A stretch of DNA of 63,839 nucleotides, filler included, from Octopus bimaculoides (Eukaryota): NCBI RefSeq assembly GCF_001194135.2. It is 7 parts of 6 records of this genome, joined end to end, with 100 filler letters (N's around TTAATTAATTAA, not from the genome) between each part and the next. Parts side by side here need not be neighbours in the genome. Positions count along the whole stretch, not along the records: positions 24,538 to 32,511 come from NC_068996.1; positions 32,612 to 38,270 come from NC_068997.1; positions 38,371 to 60,375 come from NC_068996.1; 4 more parts are not named here. One strand, written 5' to 3'. Each line of letters begins with the position of its first letter. Position 1 is the stretch's first letter. Both the position numbers and the translations under genes were made by a program. Below, one piece after another: positions 27,050 to 40,195 of the stretch. The notes beneath the pieces are model-generated. The model searched no databases and was not told the origin of the DNA. It saw only the letters and a program-made list of their open reading frames with translations.

Positions 27050-28470
27050 CTGAAGTTGTTCCAAAGCTTGTGGTGCATAAAGAAAATGCCACAGGACTGG
27101 CCAGACTTATTTCCAGAGAATTCAATACGATTTCATTTTAGCGATTTATTCAGCGTCGTACTGGAGAAAATAATACTTAAGGAAGTCAAAAGTTTCATTT
27201 ACTCTATTGAATTATGGAGAAGGTCTTCTACATGCGCATATGATAACAATGTTTGAACTATAGGAAGCACCTTACGCAGCAGATGATTTCAATGTTTGTT
27301 TCTAAAGCAGCCAGAGATGACACAACTATTGGAAGTGTAATTCGTAGTCTTTGCAACAATTATTATCTCAACAAAGCACCGAACTCTTATTCAATATACG
27401 GAAATATGTTGGCTCAACCAGTTTGCATTGTATGCATCAACAGGATATGCTGCATTTTAAAAAATAATATTCTATAAATCATTCAACTTTAATATTTTAA
27501 TTTCTATTTATAGAGGTTCTGTTTGCTGCATTGATGTCAACAGGAAACTAATAAAACCAATTCGAAGCTGATTTCCTCTATTAGAATGAAATATTACAAA
27601 TGTCGAGGTGCGTGTATGAAACTGCTGCTGGCACATTCCGTGCTCTTTTGCAAAATGACTTCCTTTTTTCCTCTTTTGGTAATACTGTAGAGATTCTAGA
27701 TGATTTTCAACAAACACTTCCTATCGTAAAGAAAGTTGGTAAAGCTGTTATAGTGAATATATTTATGACTCAATCTTCATTTTGGAGTCGAGTGGTGACA
27801 TTACAATTTATCATTAATATATAACTACAGAATTAAGAAGAGTGTGACTGGACATATTCTATTCTTTGTGCTGGTGATAGAAGTGGAAAAACAGACTCTG
27901 ATTTATTAGTTTGAGCTTTCAAACCGCGTCGAGGTTGGAATCGAATTAACGCGAAATATCACGTTTTTTGGTAGACCATTGGATCTTCTACCATTACTGC
28001 TGCTGATTCCGAAAATGAGAAAAATATCAGTTCAATTGACGGAGTAAATTACAAGTATTGATTCCTCCGATGATTAAGATAATACGTACAGTTATTCATT
28101 GGAGTTCCTAGAAATGGTGATGTTTTATGTTTTGCAATGGGATAATATTCAAAATAGCTCTTACATGAACGCATGTTTGCAGGTGACATTCTTACTGTAT
28201 GAGAAATCTGTTGTGTCAAGAATAAAATTGAGACCTACAGACAAAATTTTGCTATTTATCTTTACACGATTACAGCTTCCGTTTACTTGTCTTTCACGAT
28301 GGAAGTCAAAAAGCATCAATGTTAGTCATTTAGTAAAGTAGGTCTCCTCCTCCTTACTAGTCTCTTGGTGCGTGGATAAATGGATGTAGCTGTCAAGAAT
28401 AACACAGGGTACTTCAGAGATAGTGGTAATGTCCAAAAAGATTGTTACAAATTTCTTCTATCATAACTTT
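27050..28470 (+). pseudogene. Heavily decayed Helitron RepHel PIF1-helicase region (may extend upstream to ~26500)
   Basis: Ordered motif relics across frames: FALYASTGYAAF (cf. ALAVASSGIAA), EILQMSRCVYE (Walker B region), NTVEILDDFQQTLPIV (GGDFRQTLPV), QSSFWSRVVTLQFIINI, TSIDS..YSLEFL, SRIKLRPTDKILLFIFTRLQLP, FSKVGL..RG*MDVAV (KVG..HGQLYVA). Confidence 0.7.
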
Positions 28471-29593
28471 CGCCTTAACTTCTATATAAACTTAATTTTA
28501 TTAAATGTGTATGTATTTACATTTGATTTATTGCTTATTTGTTTTCCATCCTTAATATATATATATTGTTAATAATCATCATTTGTGATAATCAACAATT
28601 ACGAGAGTTGTGCCGAGCAAAGCGGACGCGGAAAAACGCGCCATCATTAACAAAAATGGTAACGGAAACAATACTGCTATCCGGTACAATATAATCGGAG
28701 ATAATTTACTTTGAAAAAGAAAGAACAGTAATTGTGAAACTCAACTTTAACGCTGACAATATCATAAAATGCTATCAAACACCAACAAGAAGCTATTAAG
28801 TTAATTTATCTAAGAAACAGTGTAACAAGACACCGAATCTTCTCGCAAAGATTCATATAAACAAAAATCAATTACTAATGGAGGTCTTTGAGTCAAAAGA
28901 CAACAATCAATTGAAGAAATGACTAAACATTGAACGAAAATTACCGTAGGAGGAAAGATCTTTATAAAAGGTAATGCAGATGGGTCAGTTTGTAGTGTGT
29001 CTCGCTAAAACACTATGAAGTAGTGTAAAAACTAGTAGTGTAAAAATAAAAGTGTTAAAACACTATAAAGTAAAGAATATATATTTTACAAAAGGTGTTA
29101 ATGATATAAACGATATATTTTCTAAATATGTGAAGATTACTGAGCTGGTAATCTCTACGCATTGTTCATGTCAATAAAACAGAGTAAAGATAATAATCAT
29201 GAAGGTTATACATACAATTAATCACATATAAAACTATTGAGATTATATGTTTAATAATCTCTTTTAAAACCATTAAGTTAAATAATTTCTTACAGTGCTG
29301 CGTAATGTCGTTAATCAGCAATATGTAAAAGTACAACCATGCATACGCATTTTCCTCTAATAATTTCAGTTTATGGAATGCCACCATGATTGGGAACCAC
29401 GATGCGCCAAAGATTCACCAGTAATTATTTCAAGCTGGCACTTATCTGGTTTTATCAAACGGATATGTAATCTTTGAGGTTAAGAGTCTCAACACGACGC
29501 AATTTTGTACTACTAAACATAAATGCATGCATATACACATATAGTGACTCAAACACAGACACACATATATGTATATCTGTAATATGTATATAT

Positions 29594-29683
<90 letters not shown>

Positions 29684-30299
29684 TAAGAATGGATACATAA
29701 GGGTGGAAGACCACAGGAACAATACCGTATATCCAACGCAAGATTTAATATATGTGTGTGTGTGTTCAATTCATTCTAGAATCAATAAATATATAGTTTT
29801 AAGTCTCTAATAATACTATAATTTGAATTCTAGCTCATGCTGAGCACTTCAACTCTAGCCCGTTTTTATGTATTGTTATATTAACAATATATAATTATAC
29901 AAAAAATTACAGTATATATATATTATATACATACACAAACACACGTATATGTATATACATATATATATATGTATACATATATGTATGTATATATATATGT
30001 GTGTATATATATATGTGTATAAGTATGTAAATATATATATATATATGTGTGCATATATATATAAACAATACCGAACACACATGCACAAAGTATGTGTTTT
30101 ATCAGTTCGTGAGTAGGTTGCGATTGTTAGTATAAGAGAATATATTCTCAAGAATTCACCTGGTGTTAAAACACCTGGAAGTCATAGACAAGCGAGATAA
30201 CTCGCATCAGGTCCAGTTACAAGAGCGATAAATATTAATGTTTCGTCATCTTTGTCACTTGTCAATTCCGCGTACCCGAAACGAGGCCATCTGCAAATG

Positions 30300-30640
30300 T
30301 ACCAAGCAAATAAGAAATCCAGCTGAAACGACCCGAGCAGCGAGTGCTTTTTCTACGTGACAACACTCGCCTCCACGTCGCTAATTTTGGAAAATGCTAT
30401 TCAAGAGCTTGGTCGTAAAGTTCTGCTGCACCACCGGCTTTCTTGATATAATGCCTTCAGATTAGTACCTTTAACGATCGCTCTCTGACAACCTCCGACA
30501 ACCTCCGACGCATTTCGTTCAACAGCTGCGTGGAACTGAAAATGTAGCTCAGTGATCCCTATCTTGAAGTCATTAACGAGCTAGTGGAACGTTGGCAAGA
30601 ATTCGTGAACAATGACAGACAGTATATCATTGGCTGCTTT
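30300..30640 (+). mobile_element. Decayed mariner transposase C-terminal fragment
   Basis: Broken frames give LRDNTRLHVA (HDNARPHVA), IQELGRKVLLH (ELGWEVLPH), INELVERWQEFVNNDRQYI. Confidence 0.6.
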
Positions 30641-32457
30641 GTTAAAATTGTTGATGAAAAATAATGACTAAAACAAATAGAAAAAAAAAACGAACGAATT
30701 TATCTGACAATTTAGTGTAAAGTTTGACGATAATGTAAATGTCTGCTGAAGCAAATCTAAGACGTCATTCCAGAATGATACGACATAATTAATAATCCTT
30801 TCAATAACGTTATTCTGTGATAAGAACACTAAATGCATTAACAATAGGTTCTTGCATACTCGTGAAATTAGATCTTCGTGTCGGATATAATTTTTGAAAA
30901 ATATAATGAACTTCATCTAATGAATGATTTTGTCTTTTATACATTTTTATTGAATGTCTGCCGATCATTCTTTTTAAAGTTGAAACCACTCAAGTCCAAA
31001 ATGTCTTGCAGCTTTTGTCACAGAGGAAATGTGTGCGTTTGTACGTATGTGGGGAGTGTATGTATGTGGTTTTATGTCCGTTTGTGTACATAAGAAGAGT
31101 TTTAAATTAGTCACATATGGCGTATTTCCAAACTAGATAATTTGAATCTCTCATGACTTGTTGTTTTTCTTTTTAATCGTAATTTAATAATATTGATTTA
31201 TTTAACTGAACACAAGTTGCCACATTGTACTATCTGTTAGTGTAGAAAAATAGAATTGTTTAGAGACAAAATGATTAATAGACACCATTGGCATAAAGAA
31301 CAGTATTTAAGTTAGTGCTAACATATTTAACGCAGGGTGTATTACAAAGCGAACAGAATAAATGAGAATCCTTTTTTTTACTAGATAATGCTAAAACAAA
31401 AATGTTGCCAGAAAATTGTTTGGGGCGGCTTAAAAAATGAGCCATTACATCTGGTTCAAGAGAGAGGACGAACGGTGTAGCATGAATGAATGTTAAGGAT
31501 AGTAGAAACATCAGGCCCAGAGCTGCAATGTCTGTCTCAACAAAGTTCGTGCTATTATACAAAAGTTTTGTTGTCGGTATGGAGGATGGCTACGGGCAGC
31601 TCTGGTATCGCGGTGGAAGGGGGCCAAAGCACCTATCGAGTTAGTTCACCGCCTTAGACACCTACTCATGCACTCGGAGACGGAATATAGCAACGCCCTA
31701 TCAAACAAGTGTTTACCCTAAAGATTAACAAGAAGTCTTTTAATTTTTCATTCAGATGGCATTTCTGAATTGTTTATTACAATATCAAGGACTCTATATC
31801 TAGATGAAGAGAATAACTAGAGGCCGTTCGTGATTTTTTAAATTCGATTTAACTTATTATTGGACGTTTGGATTAGCTTGTTCTCTATTCCAGACGTGAA
31901 GTTTATTTATTATTATTTATTTGAACAGCGGTAATGAAGGTACAAAAATAAAAAGAAAACCGGAAAATGTGTTTTCTTTTAAGCGGGAAAATGTATATTT
32001 TCTTCTACGAGAATATGAAAAACATTTGAACGAGAGGGATGTTAATCAAACGATTAAACCAAGCTGTATGTATATTTAACTGTTTTATTTATAAATCTTA
32101 ATACATTTGATCGAAAACACAGTTTCCATATACAACTCACTTCCTTACACACTTACAAGCAGTCATTACAAAGTTAAAAAAAAAAAGAATTAAATTTAAC
32201 ACTGACTTAAAGTTTCACTGTACAGTTGATCTTTCAGGCAGGCTGAAAGAGCTAGAAGATGCTAAATCTTATGCTAGTACATGCTAAACAGATAAATGTT
32301 TGTGATGTAGACAGAATATGTAGTTGGCTTTACATTTCATATGGAATTCTTTGTCAGATAATATTCAGTCGGTGCTTTTTTTTTCCATCTTATACTTAGC
32401 GTCAACCTAATATATATAATGTCTTCACTTTTGTCTTGTTACTTTTAACTTTCGACT

Positions 32458-32511
<54 letters not shown>

Positions 32512-32649
32512 NNNNNNNNNNNNNNNNNNNNNNNNNNNNNNNNNNNNNNNNNNNNTTAATTAATTAANNNNNNNNNNNNNNNNNNNNNNNNNNNNNNNNN
32601 NNNNNNNNNNNTATATATATATATCTATATATATATATATATATATTAA

Positions 32650-32770
32650 TTCTCTCACACGGCTTTGGACGGCCAGAGGCGTCCAAAGAAGACACTGGCC
32701 GAAGGTGCCACGTAGTGGGACTGAACCCAGTATCATGTCGTTGGGAGGCAGACATCTTGCCGCGCCTGTC
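32650..32770 (-). mobile_element. SINE family B head
   Basis: ggctttggacggccagaggcg...gaagacactggccgaaggtgccacgtagtgggactgaaccc matches 42660-42760. Confidence 0.7.
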
Positions 32771-33012
32771 TATCCCCTTTTTTTCCTTATGTTGTATTGT
32801 TAAAATAGTGATATATCCCAATGCTGTTTCTAGGAAACTAATTATCCACATAGAGGTTTCCCTGTATATGAAGACATCTAAAACTAAGCCCTAAATAGAA
32901 CAACGGCAGTTTTTTTTTTTATCAATTCAGTATATTATTTCTTAAGATGTTTCAAATGTGACCATCCTATCTTTTTCTCAGTGTGTTGCAGTTTCGCTTT
33001 TCCCTTGAAAAA

Positions 33013-33663
33013 GGAGAATGAGATTTAAAAAAAATTTAGTTACTATTTCTAACTGGTTAAGCAGTGATATAGTTGGTATTAGATTCTTAATCCTCCCTAG
33101 CATTCTATTCTATTCCTTTTAAACCAATTGGCCAATTGATTAATAAAAGAGGCGATGAAACTGAACCTGTGCGTGTGATATTATTGGCGTAATGACACTC
33201 TCAAAACCCACAACACAATTTGTTTCACAGTGATATTGTAAGTGTAGGTTGCTATTTCTAATATTAATTTCTAGCTCTTTTTCAAGGCCCCAAGATGGAG
33301 TTTTAGGGTGATTTAACGTCTATTTTTAGCTATTAGAGGGACGATAACAATGGCTTTCTCTTTTAGAATGCATCTTTCGCTTCCCCAATTGGTATGACGA
33401 GATCTGGGAGAGATTTGACTGTTATTTCTAGCAGTTATAGTGACAACACAAGGGTCGCCCTTACTATCAAATATATCACTTCATTTATTAAAGGGAAATA
33501 AAAGATCCATAGGCAATTTGACTGCTATTTTTCGCAAGTATAGTGACGACGTAGAGGTCGTCTCTGTATGCAGTATATATAATTTGTGAAAACGTCAGGA
33601 TGCGATTTGAGGGAAATTAATCTGCCACATCTTGGAAGAGGAGCGACCACCTAGACAACTCTC
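33013..33663 (+). repeat. Degenerate array of 5-6 copies of a ~65-nt unit with unrelated spacers
   Basis: Cores of ATTTRRCTGCTATTTCTAGC type at ~33034, 33246, 33310, 33412, 33516, 33615; the last four are ~100 bp apart. Confidence 0.65.
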
Positions 33664-33858
33664 TCACTCCCTCACTCATTTCCCCCCTCCTATCTCTTTC
33701 ATTCTTTCTTTCCCCCTCTCTCTCTCTCTCTCTCTCTCTATGATGGTGTTTCACTACCGTTTAATGAATGGATAATAATTCAAAAGCAATTGAAAACTAT
33801 AGCCTAAAAGTAAAATAATTTACCTTAATATGTCTTCTTATCTCTATGAACATATATA

Positions 33859-33895
<37 letters not shown>

Positions 33896-34377
33896 GCACA
33901 CATACATACATATATATATGTACATATATACATAGATATATGTATATCTGTATACACACACGCACGCACACACATGCACACACACATATATATATTCGTT
34001 TGCGTCTGTGTATGTATGTGTGTATATAAGCATACATGCTTTGGCCAATAGATTTGATTTACACACAACTTGTCACCTCTCTCCATTTTATTAGCAATTA
34101 TTATCGCTCTCCGTTGTACTCTAATCAAATTGATTTCTAATATCTTATATATATTATAACATAAAGAAGGAAATATTTTTCTATTTATCTCACTTTCATC
34201 AAATAATCACTAATATTTTCCGATTACATAATTAATTGACTTGGTCAGGCTTCGGTTCATATCAATGAGAAAACTGGAAAGATAAGATGAATGAGGCGAT
34301 CTAACTTAAAGCACTGAATCAACCAAAATTCACAGAGCCTAAGATGTGGTTGCTGACCATGTTGCTTTCTCTTTTAC

Positions 34378-34640
34378 TGTATGTCGTTTGCTTGTTTCAA
34401 TCATTGGACTCCGGTCATAATGGGGCACCTTCTGCAAGAAGAATTGTCCGACAAATAAACCCCAAGACTTGCGCTTATTTAAAAAAGAAAAACAGAAAAT
34501 ATTGGTACATATTCTATCAATAACATTTTCCTGATTTATGGTGACGTAAACAAACCAGCACCGGTTGTCAAGTGACCCTGTTGGGAGTCAAACAGAAACA
34601 AACTCACACACATGCACACACACACACACACAGATACATA
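34378..34640 (-). mobile_element. Diverged SINE family B body
   Basis: ttgtttcaatcattggactccggtcataatggggcacc...gtaaacaaaccagcaccggttgtcaag matches family B. Confidence 0.65.
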
Positions 34641-36686
34641 TATAAACATATAAATACATATGTATACATATATATTCATGTAAATACACACACTGCCCCG
34701 ACTCACTATTAACCATTCCATCTACGCACACGTGCTAAAACATATATACACACGCACAATGACATACCCCCCCCCACACACACAGACTACTCACACAAAC
34801 ACAAACACGTACAAACATTTAATACCATACAGACACACAATACCACAAACCACATACACGCATACACAGAGAATTACCACCACATGCACACACCCTAGCA
34901 CCCGCGCACACACACTCAGTTACTGCTACACACACACGCGCGCGTTACCATATACACACACATGCCACCACACACACCCGGGTACACGCACACACACACA
35001 CACACACACACAAACTAACCATTCTACACTATCTCCTGGCCCAGAAAGCACTTTCTCTTTCTCCTTCTACTTCCGGTCATTTCAAAAATGTAACTAGACG
35101 TAGACTGATGGCGACTTTTCTTTCCTTCTTCCTTTTCCTTTAGATTTTTTTATGTTTCCTGTTTCTGAAAAAAAAAAATGGCTGGTGTCAGGCTAATAAC
35201 TTCCAAGAAACTGACAAGAAATATTACGCTCATGTATTTGTTTTGCAAGATTCTTGATGTGAAATCATTTGAAACATCGATATATTTTGGGACGGTCATA
35301 TTTTGCCAATTAAAGACACACTGTATATTTGCTCTTCACTTCTGCTTTATTATTATCATTACTATAGTTTCATTTGTTAAAGTTCTTTAGTCATACATGG
35401 CTTCTTCAGCAACACTCTATCCCAAGTGTTCTGCTTATTCCATTTGGAGACCAGACATACAGTGTGTGTGTGTCTAATTAGCAAAATATGATCATGCCAA
35501 AGCATAAAAAAACCAATAATTTACAAAACCATATAACTTTTAGATGATGATGATGATGATGACAAGAAAGAGAGGAAGAGTGGGGTAGGAGGAGGAAACA
35601 GTTTGTAAAGTGTTGACGTACCATTAACGTATACCCGAAGGAACTGTGCACGCTTGAAAAGGTTTTGGGGGCATGGTATCTTATTTTCAACTTCTTTTGA
35701 ACTCAGAACTGAAGCACCATAAAAAAAAGAAAAAAAAGAAAAAACTCGATGCCTATGATACACTTGAAAAGAAGTGACCTCGTGTACTGAAGGACCACCT
35801 GCAACCTCAGTGTATGACTGCACATCTTCCTCCACAGTAAAGGAATATGAAATGAATGGTCGCAATTGGACAGCCTTCTGCAGCTAGTCAAGGAAACATT
35901 ACAGATCCTGGATTCACTTTTTGAGCCAAGATGTGTTTACCGGCCTTTCGATGCATGTTGAAAGAAAGCTCATCCATTATAAATTTATCGACCAGCGAAA
36001 CCTACTTATTCACAAAACTCAACTTCCTTTCTAAAAAGAATCTGAAGAAGTGCTTGAGAGCCGGAGGAAGTATTTCTTCTTTTGTGCGTGTGCGTAACAT
36101 CTTTCCATGTCTTCGTGGCAAATAAAGAAATGCTCATCTTTATTATCGCTACCACCATCAACACTTCTACAGCCATCATCTTTCACCATAGTCACTTGAC
36201 ATAAAATATAAGTCTGTAGTTCCTGAAAAAGAAAGAAGGTAGAAGTTCATTACGATGGACTCGGAGAATAACCAGATCCAACTGAAACGCAACAACAATC
36301 TTTTGGCGCAATTTATCGTTGTACTTACGCAAATGAAGTACATTCAAATTTCTTTCATCATTCAGCGCAAATCTCGAATCAATCCAGCAGACAGCAGAGT
36401 TTATTCCGAACCTGCAATGCCCCAGGTAAGACTGTCAGGATTTCTGAAAAGTAATCAGTAGTCCCTTGAATGAAAGTCCTCAGTCATAACCTGTTCAATT
36501 AATCTTTGCAGACAGCTAGATTCTTACTCCAAAATTGTTGCTGCTGCGAAACACTATTCCTCTGTAGAACTGAGTGGTAGAAGCGCCACCAGCCTGCAGA
36601 CTCGGCATCTCGTAAACGGTATACAAAGGAGAACATTCTGGACTGAAGGTGCTTAATTTTAGTCTTTGGTTTACTCAGGACTTCTT

Positions 36687-36960
36687 CGGCGGAATTTGAA
36701 CTCAGAACGTAGAGGCAGACGAAATACCTATTTCGTTATTGCCCACAAGGGGCTAAACATAGAGGGAACAAACAAGAACAGACGAATGGATTAAGTCGAT
36801 TACATCGACCCCAGTGCGTAACTGATACTTAATTTATCGACCCCGAAAGGATGAAAGGCAAAGTCGACCTCAGCGGAATTTGAACTCAGAACGTAACGGC
36901 AGACGAAATACCGCTGAGCATTTCGCCCGACGTGCTAACGTTTCTGCCAGTTCGCCGCCG
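36687..36960 (-). mobile_element. Young SINE family A variant with distinct 3' tail and a terminal repeat of an internal 42-nt segment
   Basis: CpG-rich, A-box TGGCAGAAACGTTAG and B-box GAGTTCAAATTCC on minus; 36687-36728 matches 36871-36912 at 39/42. Confidence 0.85.
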
Positions 36961-37928
36961 AAGTCGATCTTGCCTTCGCTGTAAGGACGTTATATACTAA
37001 AATCTAGGTGAGGAAAATATATTAAGTGAATACAATATGCATCCATTGCACAGAAAAAGTGACATAAGCGTGAGGGTTACATACACTATAGAGGCGGTCA
37101 AGATTGTTAGCGATCGACAGTAAGAGAGATGTAAACGATTAATACAAACACACGTTTGCATGAAGCGTTGTAATACAGAAATAGAAAAATAACCGGAAAG
37201 GAAAACGTCTAACAATGCACAGGAGACAGTTGCAAACCCTTTATATATTTCAGGCACAAAGGCCCATCTTCCGGAAACTGTTCATTGGAAGCCCGTCATA
37301 TGCGCGTGTGTGTGTGTGTGTGCGCGAGTGCATGTTTGTGTTTTCATATGTATTTATGTGTGCAGGCGTGCATTAAAAAATGTTGTTTGTTTTCCTTGAG
37401 TTTATGTGTAATATGTGTATATATACTCGTGACACTGCATATGCATGTGTCAGCTAATCTCGCAATCCCGGGATCACACCGTTCGACTTGTAATTAGTCA
37501 ACGTGGACAGGTAGACGTAGAGCTACCACCATAGATAAGATGGCAACATTATGCTGAGTCTTTCATCCAGCAGCGTTACAACAAAGACTGAAACGAACAC
37601 AAGAGAAGGGAACAAAAGAGGGAAGAGAGAGGGGAGGGAGAGAAGAGAGAGGAGAGAGAGAGGGAAGAGGAAAGAGGGGGAAGTGAGAGAAGAAACAGGA
37701 GTTTGTTCTTTAATTAGGTTACTTTCGTTACTTTCGTTTTATTTCACTTGGCACTAAAGAGGCAATTCCAACGAGTATGTTTTTTTTATATTTTCTATAC
37801 ATTTTTTTAATCTTGTAATTTTGTACGAAAGCTGTTGCCAGTGCACACAAAGATAAACACACGCACACACACAAGCACATTCACACATACACACGCACAC
37901 ACACACACATACATATATACATATATAC

Positions 37929-37978
<50 letters not shown>

Positions 37979-38077
37979 ATCTATATCTATATATATATAT
38001 ATTTTTATTTTATTTTATCTAGTTTCAGCTCATGAGTTGTGGCCATGCTGGGGCACCGCCATTTTTCTGGGGCACCG

Positions 38078-38270
38078 CCATAACCTCTTCGTTGGTTATG
38101 TTGAGGCCCAAATATTCTCCAGTTTCACTGGTCCTACTCCCGAACTATACGGTCGGTATATCGACGACTGTATCGGTGCCACCTCACTCTCCCGCGAACA
38201 TCTTGACTCGTTCCTCTCTTTCGTTCAGTCTTTCCATCCAGCCCTCCACTTCTCCTGTACTGTCTCTGAC
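38078..38270 (+). mobile_element. Second Penelope-like RT fragment (different family), cut by a spacer
   Basis: NLFVGYVEAQIF...PELYGRYIDDCIG...FHPALHF; typical PLE YxDD region. Confidence 0.75.
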
Positions 38271-38813
38271 NNNNNNNNNNNNNNNNNNNNNNNNNNNNNN
38301 NNNNNNNNNNNNNNTTAATTAATTAANNNNNNNNNNNNNNNNNNNNNNNNNNNNNNNNNNNNNNNNNNNNCTGGTAAGTAAAAATGGAAAAATCAAATAT
38401 ATTTCTAAGTATTGTTGAATTTTTGTTAGCATCATAATTACCATTTATTAAATATTTACACTATTATTTTTGTCTGTGTTTTTTTTTTTTTAACCCTGTT
38501 ACACCATATTTCTGCAATAATGGGAAGAGGTTAAACATCACCTCTGTCAGATTCCTGATAAAGCAGTAATGAACAACACACATAGAAAAAGAAGATGCAA
38601 CCGATTCTGTCCATTAGTTTGCCTGCAATAGTTACTCTTGGGCTGTAAATGTAACCATTTATTTTTTTTCCTCGAGAGCCCAGGTGGAGGGTAAAGTTAG
38701 ACATAGAGGCTCAGGTTTCCAAGAGAATTAAGCTTATAGTATCAAAAAATTATCCTTTCACGTATGAAGCTGAGTCACTACTGATTCGTTAACTTGCTGT
38801 TTCCAAGTTGATT

Positions 38814-38858
<45 letters not shown>

Positions 38859-39029
38859 TATCTGTATGTTTGTGTGTGTGTGTGTTTCTAGTAAGTCGAT
38901 CACATTTCTGATACTAAGAAGTGACATGAGTGTCTGCAGATTGCATATTTTCATGTAAATACATCAGTTAACTGGCAACTTTCTTGTCAATATTTTTTTA
39001 ATTTTTCATCAATATACGTAAGTAAAGCA

Positions 39030-39072
<43 letters not shown>

Positions 39073-39974
39073 ATTGTAATCTGTCAAAATGCATTAATTG
39101 AAATCAATTCTGAAGTATGTAGTTTTAAGAGTATTCAATAACATTGATGGTTTAGTTACATTGTGTAAACTTTCTACTCAAAAAATAAATATATATTGAA
39201 ATGTATATTGAAATCAATATTAATTTTCCTGAGAGACTGAAATGTGTTTTTGTAAAGAACATATTTCTTTACATGGCCTCTTAAAAAGTTCAACCAGTCA
39301 CTTCATCACCAAGAAGTGAATACCTGAAGATACACACACACACACACACACTCACACACACATACACACACACATACATACACATACACACATGCACATA
39401 TTATATAGATAAATAGATATACTTGAATATCTGTTCACTCATCAGTAATTAATGAAAACTTTGTCTACATGGTAGATCTGGTTTTTAAGTGTCAACAAAT
39501 AACTAAAAAAATCCAATATCAGCTCAGAAATTATGACCTCATGCAGGTTTCAATTAAGTACTTATCATATAATGAGGTTGAAATAATCAACTGTTTTCTG
39601 AGCAACATCACCACTGATTTCTGGCCTTGTGCTTGTTAGAAATGATGATGATGATAATAATAATTAATGATGATGATGGACTCTCTCATCAAAGATGACA
39701 TATCAGCGTCAAGCTTTTGCCAAACGACCTGCACAAAAGATTTTTTTATTGTGATCAAATGTATGTGCCACAAATTAGCTCACTCCCATCATCAAAACGA
39801 CGTTGTCTGAACAGGTACACAAGTGTGCTACGTGTCACATGATCAGAAAGCGTGACATGAAATGAAGTGTTTTGCTCAAGGACACAATGCATCGTTCAGT
39901 CCCGAAATCGAACCCATGATTAGTGATCATGAATGCAACACACAAATCGCTAGGCCACACACACCTACAATAAC

Positions 39975-40195
39975 GCAGTGAGCTGGCAGAATCATTAAGA
40001 CGCTGGTGAAAATGTTTAGCAACACTTCATCCATCTTTACATTCTGAATTCAGACTCCACTGAGGTCAACTTTGCTCTTCATCCTTTCAGGTTTTATGAA
40101 GTAAGTTCCTGTCAGATACTGGGGTTGATGTAATCAGCTACCCCCATCTCCAAAATTTCAGGCCTTGTCCCTATTTTTGAGAGGGTTATTATTAT
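39975..40195 (+). mobile_element. SINE family A copy
   Basis: gcagtgagctggcagaatcattaag...ttctgaattcagactcc...tttcaggccttgtccc followed by (ATT)n. Confidence 0.8.

Noticed and set aside
33013-33663. CRISPR array
   Set aside because: Eukaryotic context, units only loosely similar, no cas genes, and the unit also occurs dispersed. Kept as an unexplained array instead.
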